From: Bacilli bacterium | Lineage (GTDB): Bacteria > Bacillota_I > Bacilli_A > RF39 > UBA660 | Direction of reading: 5' to 3' | Assembly (NCBI GenBank): GCA_016297695.1 | Contig: JAEDGC010000004.1 | Location: 8,074-72,073, forward strand | Length of the DNA: 64,000 nt | Part shown: piece after piece, positions 57,527-64,000 of the stretch | How positions within the stretch are numbered: position 1 is the first letter of the stretch | Layout: each line of letters begins with the position of its first letter | Translations under genes and position numbers: made by a program | Notes under the pieces: model-generated | What the model was told of the DNA's origin: nothing | What the model saw: the letters and a program-made list of their open reading frames with translations, nothing else | Database searches by the model: none

Positions 57527-58174
57527 ATGGATAGTATAGAAGAATTATCAAATAAAGTTTATAAAAAATTAGAACATGAATTTGATATGTTTAAAGAAAG
57601 TTGTTTAACTAAAACAAAAGAAGAAATATTAAAAAGTGCTTATGAAATTGCAGTAAAAGAAGAAATTATTGAAAGTTTTAATTCAAATATTTATGAAGAA
57701 GAACAATATTTAGCATTATTAGAAAATGATAATATGTTAGAAAATATATATCAAGACTGGATGAACGCAGAATCTGGAATTCATATACCAATAGAAGAAA
57801 GCATTGAATTTTATTTAAATGAAATTGAAGAAAAATACACTAAATTAGAATCAGACCCTAATTCAAAACTAATTAAGGATATGACAAAAACTTTAAGAGA
57901 ATTAAGAAATTATGAGTTTTATGATGATAATATTATACAAAGAAAATTTTTATATTATGATAAAAATGATGTTCAAGATTTATTAAATAGTAAAGATGGT
58001 GCAAGAAAATTGTTGAACTATTTTAATGATGTAAAAGATAATGAACATTTAAAATATTTAAAAGAAATACAAGTAATTGATACTGAAAGTGTAAACAAAA
58101 TAGATGAATATATCCCTAAATTAAATGAGATAATAAATAAAAATAGAAATAAATCAAAGGACATGGAAAGATAA
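57527..58174 (+). CDS. hypothetical protein, possibly DUF3848-like (common ICE accessory protein)
   Basis: N-terminus VYKKLEHEFDMFKESCLTKTKEEILKSAYEIAVKEEI resembles my recollection of DUF3848 proteins found next to Toprim primases in Firmicute ICEs. Confidence 0.55.
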   Translation: MDSIEELSNKVYKKLEHEFDMFKESCLTKTKEEILKSAYEIAVKEEIIESFNSNIYEEEQYLALLENDNMLENIYQDWMNAESGIHIPIEESIEFYLNEIEEKYTKLESDPNSKLIKDMTKTLRELRNYEFYDDNIIQRKFLYYDKNDVQDLLNSKDGARKLLNYFNDVKDNEHLKYLKEIQVIDTESVNKIDEYIPKLNEIINKNRNKSKDMER

Positions 58175-58175
58175 A

Positions 58176-59144
58176 ATGTCTTTTTTTTATACACCAGAAA
58201 CGATAGAAAAAGCAAAAAAAATTGATTTATTAACTTATCTTGAAAACTTTGAGCCAGATGAATTAGTTCAATTTTCAAGAGCAACTTATTGTACAAGAAC
58301 ACATGATAGTTTAAAGATAAGTAATGGAAAATGGTATTGGTTTTCAAGAGGATTTGGTGGATATAATGCACTTGATTATTTAACAAAAGTTAAAGAAATT
58401 CCTTTTGTTCAAGCAGTAGAAATTTTAGTTGGAAAAGGGGAATTAGTTCAAACAAATAATCATTATTTTGAAGAAGAAAATAAGATTTCAAGACTGATAA
58501 TGCCTGAAAAAAATATTGATAATAACATTGCTATTTCATATTTAAAAAGTAGAGGGATTGATGAAGAAATAATACAAAAATGTATTGATGATGGATTAAT
58601 TTATGAACAAAAAGATAAACATAATGTCGTTTTTGTTGGACTGGATAATAAAAAAAATCCTAGATATGCAGGATTAAGAGGAACAAATAAAACACGATTT
58701 ATGCAAGATGCTAGTGGTAGTGATAAGGAGTATTCTTTTCGGCTAGTATCAAAAAATTGCAATGACTCTATTCATATTTTTGAAAGTGCAATAGATTTAT
58801 TAAGTTATGCAACATTATTAAAAATGTGTAAAAAAGACTGGGAAAATGAAAATCTTTTAGCATTAGCAGGAGTATATCAACCATCAAAAAATATTGGGGA
58901 AAGCAAGGTACCGATTGCATTAAAATCTTTCTTATATAAGAACCAAAATATTAAAGATATTTATCTTCATTTTGATTCAGATCGAGCAGGAAGATTAGCA
59001 ACTGAGGCATTAAAAAAACAATTAGAAAATAGATATAATGTTCACGATTTTACACCATATATAGGTAAAGATTGGAACGATTTTTTAATTGAAACAATAA
59101 AAAATAGAAGTAAAAAAAAAGAAATAAATAGAGAAAGTAGGTAA
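58176..59144 (+). CDS. DUF3991 + Toprim domain protein (conjugative primase/TraC-like)
   Basis: N-terminus YCTRTHDSLKISNGKWYWFSRGFGGYNALDYL. Toprim acidic motifs IHIFESAIDLLSY and YLHFDSDRAGR. Confidence 0.78.
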   Translation: MSFFYTPETIEKAKKIDLLTYLENFEPDELVQFSRATYCTRTHDSLKISNGKWYWFSRGFGGYNALDYLTKVKEIPFVQAVEILVGKGELVQTNNHYFEEENKISRLIMPEKNIDNNIAISYLKSRGIDEEIIQKCIDDGLIYEQKDKHNVVFVGLDNKKNPRYAGLRGTNKTRFMQDASGSDKEYSFRLVSKNCNDSIHIFESAIDLLSYATLLKMCKKDWENENLLALAGVYQPSKNIGESKVPIALKSFLYKNQNIKDIYLHFDSDRAGRLATEALKKQLENRYNVHDFTPYIGKDWNDFLIETIKNRSKKKEINRESR

Positions 59145-59148
59145 TAAA

Positions 59149-59430
59149 ATGAGTAAAAATTATGTAGGAAATGTTAAAAAAATAGCAGAATTAAATTTAA
59201 ATATAGTTGCAGATAATGATGAAGAAGCATTAACAATTTTAGAAGAATTTGTTAATCATTTTGATTTATTTTCAATAACTAAAAATCAAATAATTGATAT
59301 ATCTGTTAAAGAAAAAACAGATAAAAACATTAAAGAAAAATATTCACATTCTGAGAAAAATGAAATCAATTTATGTGAGAATTGTGAGAACTATTGTCCA
59401 TTTTGCCACTCATGTATGATTGATGAATAA
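59149..59430 (+). CDS. hypothetical protein, 93 aa, with a C-terminal Cys cluster
   Basis: ORF from the track. The end reads CENCENYCPFCHSC. Confidence 0.5.
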   Translation: MSKNYVGNVKKIAELNLNIVADNDEEALTILEEFVNHFDLFSITKNQIIDISVKEKTDKNIKEKYSHSEKNEINLCENCENYCPFCHSCMIDE

Positions 59431-59608
59431 CGAAGAATGTATGTCTTAGCCAGCCCTGAATTTGTCCTCCCAGAACAAATTCAATATGGGGTAAACCCCA
59501 ATCCCCAACTAAAAAGTATTTTAGTTATAAAAAACAAAAAAAGTATGATAAAATTATATTGTAAGCATAGTATGCTTGAGACAATAATTACAAGGAGGTG
59601 TATGAGTA

Positions 59609-59881
59609 ATGAAGAAATCAGAAATTATTTCAGCATTAGCAGAAAGAACTGGTGTTACCAAAGCCGACGCTGAAAGAATTTATAATGAAACTTTTAATAT
59701 CTTTAAAGAAGAATTAGCAAAAGGAAATAGTATTGCAGTTAATGGTTTTGGAACTTTCAAAGTAAGTGAAAGAAATGCAAGAAATTGTAGAAATCCAAAA
59801 ACTGGTGAAACAATTAATGTACCTGCACACAAAGCAGTGTCATTTAAAGTTGGTAGTGAATTAAAAAAATCAGTTAACTAA
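59609..59881 (+). CDS. hup: HU-family DNA-binding protein
   Basis: 90 aa: MKKSEIISALAERTGVTKADAERIYN...GFGTFKVSERNARNCRNPKTGETINVPAHKAVSFKVG. Classic HU/IHF fold sequence. AAGGAGGTG RBS. Confidence 0.92.
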   Translation: MKKSEIISALAERTGVTKADAERIYNETFNIFKEELAKGNSIAVNGFGTFKVSERNARNCRNPKTGETINVPAHKAVSFKVGSELKKSVN

Positions 59882-59903
59882 TTATTAGTTAATACTATAA
59901 ATT

Positions 59904-59932
59904 GACATCTAAATTTAGGTGTCTTTTTTTTT
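59904..59932 (+). terminator. rho-independent terminator after hup
   Basis: Hairpin gacatctaaa/tttaggtgtc followed by T9. Confidence 0.75.
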
Positions 59933-59959
59933 ATTATTTTTTGAAAGGAGGATTTTAAT

Positions 59960-60295
59960 ATGGCGAGAAAACGAGGTATAAAAAAACAATTTTGGTTTAA
60001 TAAAGAAGAAGCAACAATTCTAAAAAAGAAAGCAAAAAAAGTTGGAGTAAATGAATCAACATTAATTAGAGATTTAGTTATGGGATTTGAGCCAAAAGAA
60101 AAACCAGATGAAAGATTTTATGACTCTTTAAAACAACTTCGTTCTATTGGTAATAGTTTTAATCAGTTAGCAGCAAAAGCAAATGCTTTGGATTTGATAG
60201 ATGAAGTAGAATATAAAAAGCAAAAGAAAAAATTAGATGATATTATTATCAAATTAAAAGAAGAATATTTATATCCAAAAAGTGAGGATATGTAA
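59960..60295 (+). CDS. mobC: MobC-family relaxosome accessory protein
   Basis: RHH-like N-terminus (KKQFWFNKEEATILKKKAKKVGVNESTLIRDL) and the MobC motif LRSIGNSFNQLAAKANA. Confidence 0.85.
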   Translation: MARKRGIKKQFWFNKEEATILKKKAKKVGVNESTLIRDLVMGFEPKEKPDERFYDSLKQLRSIGNSFNQLAAKANALDLIDEVEYKKQKKKLDDIIIKLKEEYLYPKSEDM

Positions 60296-61635
60296 TGGCA
60301 ACAATTGGACTTTGGAAAGTAGAATCAAGATTGGATAGAGTTATAAATTATGTTTCAAATGAAGAAAAAACATTCAATGAAGAATTTATAAAGGATTTAC
60401 ACAGAGTAATAAATTATACAATAGATGATTACAAAACAGAACAGCAATATTTTGTATCAGGAATTAATTGTGGAGTAGATACAGCATATAAAGAAATGAT
60501 GGGAACTAAAAAAGAGTATAGCAAGACAGGTGGTATTTTAGCATTTCATGGATTTCAATCTTTTAAAGAGGGAGAAGTTACCCCAGAAATAGCACATGAG
60601 ATTGGAGTTAAACTAGCAGAAGAATTATGGGGAGATAGATTTGAGGTAGTGGTATCAACCCATATCAATACTAATCATATTCATAATCATTTTGTTATTA
60701 ACTCTGTATCATTTAAAGATGGTAAAAGATACTATGATAAAAGGTCAACTTATGCCGAGATAAGACATGTATCAGATTCTTTATGTGCAGAATATGGACT
60801 TTCTGTATTAGATGAGAAACCTTGCAGAAATAGTAGAATAAATTATGCAAATTATTATAAAGGTGTTGCTATAAGATCGACATATCATTCAACTACAAAA
60901 GAAGATATTGATAGAGCAATAGCACAAGCATACGATTATAAAGATTTTTTAAATCTTATGAGAGCAATGAACTATGAAGTAATTAATCGCTATGGCAAGT
61001 TAAGTGTTAAAAGACCACCATATAAAAGAAATATACGAATTGAGAGAAGTTTTGGAGAAGAATATTCAATAAGTAATATTCAAACTAGAATAGATAATGA
61101 ACACATGACAAGGACACCTTTTCCAGAAGCAAGAGGTGTTTTTAAAATGTTTGCAAATAAACCAGAACACAAGAATAAAAAAATAGGTGGAATATATGGA
61201 TTATATCTATATTATTGTTATCTGTTAGGAAAATTTCCAAAAGAATATCCTAATAAAAGACTTCCACCATCTATAAGAGCAGATGTAAAAAAGATGGAGC
61301 AAATATCTGAAGAAACAAAATTGCTTGTAAGTCAGAAAATTGAAACATACCAACAATTTTTGGAATATAAAAACTCTATTAATTTTCAATTTAATGAACT
61401 TAAAGGAAAAAGAGAGTTATTATGGCAAAAAGAAAAATGGGTTAAAACAGCATTAGAAAAAGAGAATATAAGAAGTGTTATAGAAGAACTAAATGTGGAA
61501 ATCTTTTCACTACGAAAGGAGGTGGAATTATGTGAGGGAATTGAAGAAAGACTACCGATAATAAAAGCAAAGGTAAAAGAGATTGATGACGAAGAAATAG
61601 TAAAGGAGGGAAAAGACTATGAACACATCAAGTGA
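60295..61635 (+). CDS. relaxase/mobilisation nuclease (MobA/VirD2 family)
   Basis: Histidine triad region VVSTHINTNHIHNHFVINSVSF. The N-terminal part holds the catalytic Tyr region. The start overlaps the mobC stop (ATGTAATG). Confidence 0.9.
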   Translation: MATIGLWKVESRLDRVINYVSNEEKTFNEEFIKDLHRVINYTIDDYKTEQQYFVSGINCGVDTAYKEMMGTKKEYSKTGGILAFHGFQSFKEGEVTPEIAHEIGVKLAEELWGDRFEVVVSTHINTNHIHNHFVINSVSFKDGKRYYDKRSTYAEIRHVSDSLCAEYGLSVLDEKPCRNSRINYANYYKGVAIRSTYHSTTKEDIDRAIAQAYDYKDFLNLMRAMNYEVINRYGKLSVKRPPYKRNIRIERSFGEEYSISNIQTRIDNEHMTRTPFPEARGVFKMFANKPEHKNKKIGGIYGLYLYYCYLLGKFPKEYPNKRLPPSIRADVKKMEQISEETKLLVSQKIETYQQFLEYKNSINFQFNELKGKRELLWQKEKWVKTALEKENIRSVIEELNVEIFSLRKEVELCEGIEERLPIIKAKVKEIDDEEIVKEGKDYEHIK

Positions 61636-62386
61636 ATCAGCAGAGCAACTTGTAAGAATGTATATTCAAGGAGTAGAGGTTGCTGCTAAATTAACTGGTA
61701 GTGGTGCAAAACATATTGCAGTATTGTTATGTGCTATTTTGAAAGATAAAAAAATGACAAAAGGTAAAACAACACTAACTAATATGTTAAAGACCAACAA
61801 AGAATTAAAAATCTTTTCTATTAAAAAATCGGATTTAGCAAAATTTACAGAGGAATCTAAAAGATATGGTGTATTGTTTTCAGCACTTATTGATAGAAAA
61901 GACAAAAGTAAAGATGGTATGATTGATATTATGGTAAAAGCAGAAGATGCTGCTAAAATTAATAGAATAGTTGAGAAATTTAATTTATCCACAGTTGATG
62001 TTGCTAGTATTAAAAGTGAAATTCAAAAAACTAGAAATGCAAAAACAAAGGAAATAAAAGCAAGTATAGAAGACCAACTAGTAGATGATATATTATCTAA
62101 ACCATTAAAGAAAGAGGAAAATGAACAATCAAACCCCTCTTTTGCGAAGACCGAAAAAAGCCCTCAGTCCGAGCATTTATCAAAGAACAAAAACAAATTA
62201 GAGGAGGGTACTAAAAAGAAAGATAAACCTTCAGTTCGAGAAGCAATAAAAAAAATAAAAGAAGAAATGAAGAAAGAATCTATTTTAGAAAACTCTAAAG
62301 AAAAAGTAAAAACAGATAAGGTTGTAGAAACAAAACATGAGCAACCTAAAAACAAACAAAAAAAATCTAAAGAAAGGGGAATGTAA
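61619..62386 (+). CDS. DUF3801 (PcfB-like) protein
   Basis: SAEQLVRMYIQGVEVAAKLTGSGAKHIAVLLCAIL...GKTTLTNMLKTNKELKIFSIKKSDLAKFTEESKRYGVLFSAL...IDIMVKAEDAAKINRIVEKF matches the DUF3801 pattern usually found between relaxase and coupling-protein genes. Confidence 0.7.
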   Translation: MNTSSESAEQLVRMYIQGVEVAAKLTGSGAKHIAVLLCAILKDKKMTKGKTTLTNMLKTNKELKIFSIKKSDLAKFTEESKRYGVLFSALIDRKDKSKDGMIDIMVKAEDAAKINRIVEKFNLSTVDVASIKSEIQKTRNAKTKEIKASIEDQLVDDILSKPLKKEENEQSNPSFAKTEKSPQSEHLSKNKNKLEEGTKKKDKPSVREAIKKIKEEMKKESILENSKEKVKTDKVVETKHEQPKNKQKKSKERGM

Positions 62387-62388
62387 TT

Positions 62389-63270
62389 ATGAATATAGAT
62401 GAAATAGTTGCAAGTTCTAAAACAAATTATCAAAAAAAAGAATTTAATAAAGATGAATGGGCTAAAATGAAAAATGATGAAAGAAATGAAGTCTATTCAT
62501 TAATAGATAAAACAGCATTAGAAATAATGCAAGATAGTAATAAGTTTAAAGACTATTTGGACATCCAAAGTCATTTTGACAAGTATTCAGTTGCAAATGG
62601 TCTTTTAATTTATGCCCAAATGCCAAATGCTACACAACTAAGAGAATATTCAGAGTGGAAAGCAATTCCTAATTTTCAATTTAATGGGAAACAAGAGGGA
62701 ATTAAATTATTAAAAATGGGTGAGCCATATACAAAGAGTGATGGAACACAATTTTCACCATTTGTAGTATATAAAATGTATGATATATCACAAACTAATC
62801 TACCAAAAAGGGAATATAATTCTAAACGATTAGATGATAAAGTTTTATTAAAAGCATTTATTCATGATAATCCTGTGGATATTAAAGTTGAAGATGTATT
62901 AGCAAGTGGAGAATGTGTAGAGTGGAATAGTGAAGAAAATCTATTATATATTCAAAGAGGTGCAGAACCTAATGATTTGTATCAAGGTATTGCAAGAGAA
63001 GTATCAAAAGTAGAGTTAGAAAGTGATAATCCTACTATTGATAATTTTAAAGCAAAATGTGCTTCTTATATGATTTGTAAAAAACAAGGGTTAGATGTAT
63101 CTAATTATAGTTTTAATGATATTCCAGAATCATATAAAAACTTATCATCAAAAGAAATAAGAAAAGAACTTGGAGAGATTAAAAATTCAGTTGAAGATTT
63201 TAATAATAGGATAAATCAGTTTATGGAATCCATTTCCAAACAATCAAAAAATAAAGATTATGAAAGATAG
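62389..63270 (+). CDS. ArdC-N-like (ssDNA-binding, antirestriction-type) domain protein
   Basis: FDKYSVANGLLIYAQMPNATQLREYSEWKA parallels the N-terminus of the 2444-aa protein and the ArdC N-domain pattern YSxxNxxLIxxQ. Confidence 0.6.
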   Translation: MNIDEIVASSKTNYQKKEFNKDEWAKMKNDERNEVYSLIDKTALEIMQDSNKFKDYLDIQSHFDKYSVANGLLIYAQMPNATQLREYSEWKAIPNFQFNGKQEGIKLLKMGEPYTKSDGTQFSPFVVYKMYDISQTNLPKREYNSKRLDDKVLLKAFIHDNPVDIKVEDVLASGECVEWNSEENLLYIQRGAEPNDLYQGIAREVSKVELESDNPTIDNFKAKCASYMICKKQGLDVSNYSFNDIPESYKNLSSKEIRKELGEIKNSVEDFNNRINQFMESISKQSKNKDYER

Positions 63271-63281
63271 GAGGACAGGAC

Positions 63282-63479
63282 ATGAAAGAAAAAATGGAAC
63301 TTGATAAATATGAAATTGGTATAATTATTAATGCCTTAAATGTATTGAGAAATAATCAAATAGCAGAAGAAAAGCCAACAGACGCAATTGATGATTTGCT
63401 AATGAAGATATTTCCAATTTACGAAAAAAAAAACAAACATGTAAAATGTTTGAGGATAGATAATGGCAGAAGATACTAA
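63282..63479 (+). CDS. hypothetical protein, 65 aa
   Basis: ORF with AGGAGGACAGG RBS. Overlaps the start of the coupling-protein gene. Confidence 0.5.
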   Translation: MKEKMELDKYEIGIIINALNVLRNNQIAEEKPTDAIDDLLMKIFPIYEKKNKHVKCLRIDNGRRY

Positions 63480-64000
63480 AAAAACGACACTAATTTTAAG
63501 TATATGTGGAATAATATCAACAATATGGATAGCACTCTTAATAGCACCATCAGTAGATGGAGGATTAGCACAGATAATGAAAGACTTTTCTAGTGTAATG
63601 AATAATCCTTTTAATATAACATGGTGTAGTAATAGTTTAAGAGTGCTTTTAATATGCTTATTAATTTATGGATGTGGTATAGCACTTTATATTTCATCAA
63701 AAGGAAATTATCGTAGAGGAGAGGAACATGGTTCGGCAAAATGGGGTAATGCAAGGGCAGTAAATAAAAAGTATTATCAATCTCCAAATGAAAACAATAA
63801 ATTATTAACACAAAATGTTTCTATTGGACTAAATGCCAAAAAGCATAGAAGAAATTTAAATACTCTTGTATGTGGTGGTAGTGGAGCAGGTAAAACAAGA
63901 TTTTATTGCAAACCTAATATTATGCAATGCAATACATCATTTGTAGTGCTTGACCCAAAAGGTGAGATAGTAAGAGATACTGGTAATTTATTAGAAAAGA
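63463..64000 (+). CDS. VirD4/TraG-type type IV coupling protein (5' part, runs off the right edge)
   Basis: Translated by hand: two N-terminal TM helices, EEHGSAKWG, Walker A VCGGSGAGKT, and VLDPKGE. No stop before the window end, so it is not in the ORF track. Confidence 0.85.
   Translation, partial: MAEDTKKTTLILSICGIISTIWIALLIAPSVDGGLAQIMKDFSSVMNNPFNITWCSNSLRVLLICLLIYGCGIALYISSKGNYRRGEEHGSAKWGNARAVNKKYYQSPNENNKLLTQNVSIGLNAKKHRRNLNTLVCGGSGAGKTRFYCKPNIMQCNTSFVVLDPKGEIVRDTGNLLEK

Larger units (their letters stand above)
37985..64000. mobile_element. integrative conjugative element, left ~26 kb (right end lies outside the window)
   Basis: Starts at the cwlD disruption point. Carries parA/parB, a surface adhesin with sortase, a giant methylase-helicase, a Toprim protein, MobC, a relaxase, DUF3801 and a VirD4-type coupling protein, all on the + strand. 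Confidence 0.85.

Noticed and set aside
58018-58386. Minus-strand 122-aa ORF across the 57527/58176 gene junction
   Set aside because: It is antisense to two well-supported co-directional ICE genes.
59437-59673. 78-aa plus-strand ORF upstream of and overlapping hup
   Set aside because: It overlaps the hup start by 65 nt and has no RBS. It covers the GC-rich hairpin region, which is more plausibly a DNA or RNA structural element.
61666-63811. Minus-strand ORFs 61666-61992, 62164-62433 and 63611-63811
   Set aside because: They are antisense to the DUF3801, ArdC-like and coupling-protein genes.
1-64000. CRISPR arrays, rRNA genes, IS elements, transposases or integrases
   Set aside because: I saw no regularly spaced 25-40 nt repeats with unique spacers, no rRNA-like sequence, and no ORF with DDE, tyrosine-recombinase or serine-recombinase motifs anywhere in the window. 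The ICE recombinase is presumably beyond the right edge.

Overview
Very AT-rich Bacillota sequence using the standard genetic code (TGA acts as a stop, for example at the end of xfp). An RNA polymerase delta subunit (rpoE) together with sporulation genes (spoIIR, a cwlD remnant) suggests a spore-forming Erysipelotrichales- or Bacilli-like organism; this is inference only. All calls rest on reading the sequence and the ORF track by eye, with no database search, and no percent identities or GC values were computed.

The window divides into four parts.

(1) 1-16 kb, chromosomal: an orphan minus-strand pair (970 aa + 227 aa), phosphoketolase, a LysM protein, membrane proteins, tRNA-Cys, and a SipW/TasA-type secreted-fibre locus.

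(2) 16.1-22.9 kb, an accessory stretch built of gene modules. Each module ends with the same hairpin-plus-tail repeat (five copies, all + strand). The stretch contains frameshifted gene remnants and ends in a duplication of the uvrB promoter and first 90 codons around a 1.2-kb insert. I saw no recombinase gene in it.

(3) 22.9-35.7 kb, core housekeeping genes: uvrB, class A PBP, ywiB-like, argS, rpoE, prfA-prmC, spoIIR, mntP-like, murA, lemA, and a FAD protein.

(4) 35.7-64 kb, two separate insertions. The first is a 2.05-kb two-gene module (a protein with five Myb-like HTH repeats, translationally coupled to a sigma-70 factor) bounded by 23-bp perfect direct repeats. The second is the left ~26 kb of a conjugative element inserted into cwlD after codon 41. 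It carries parA/parB, a thioester-domain adhesin with its sortase, its own SipW plus two SipW-type substrates, a 2444-aa ArdC-N/methyltransferase/SNF2 fusion, XRE, a DUF3991-Toprim protein, HU, MobC, a relaxase, DUF3801, and the start of a VirD4-type coupling protein.

No CRISPR array, rRNA, transposase or integrase gene was seen in the window.
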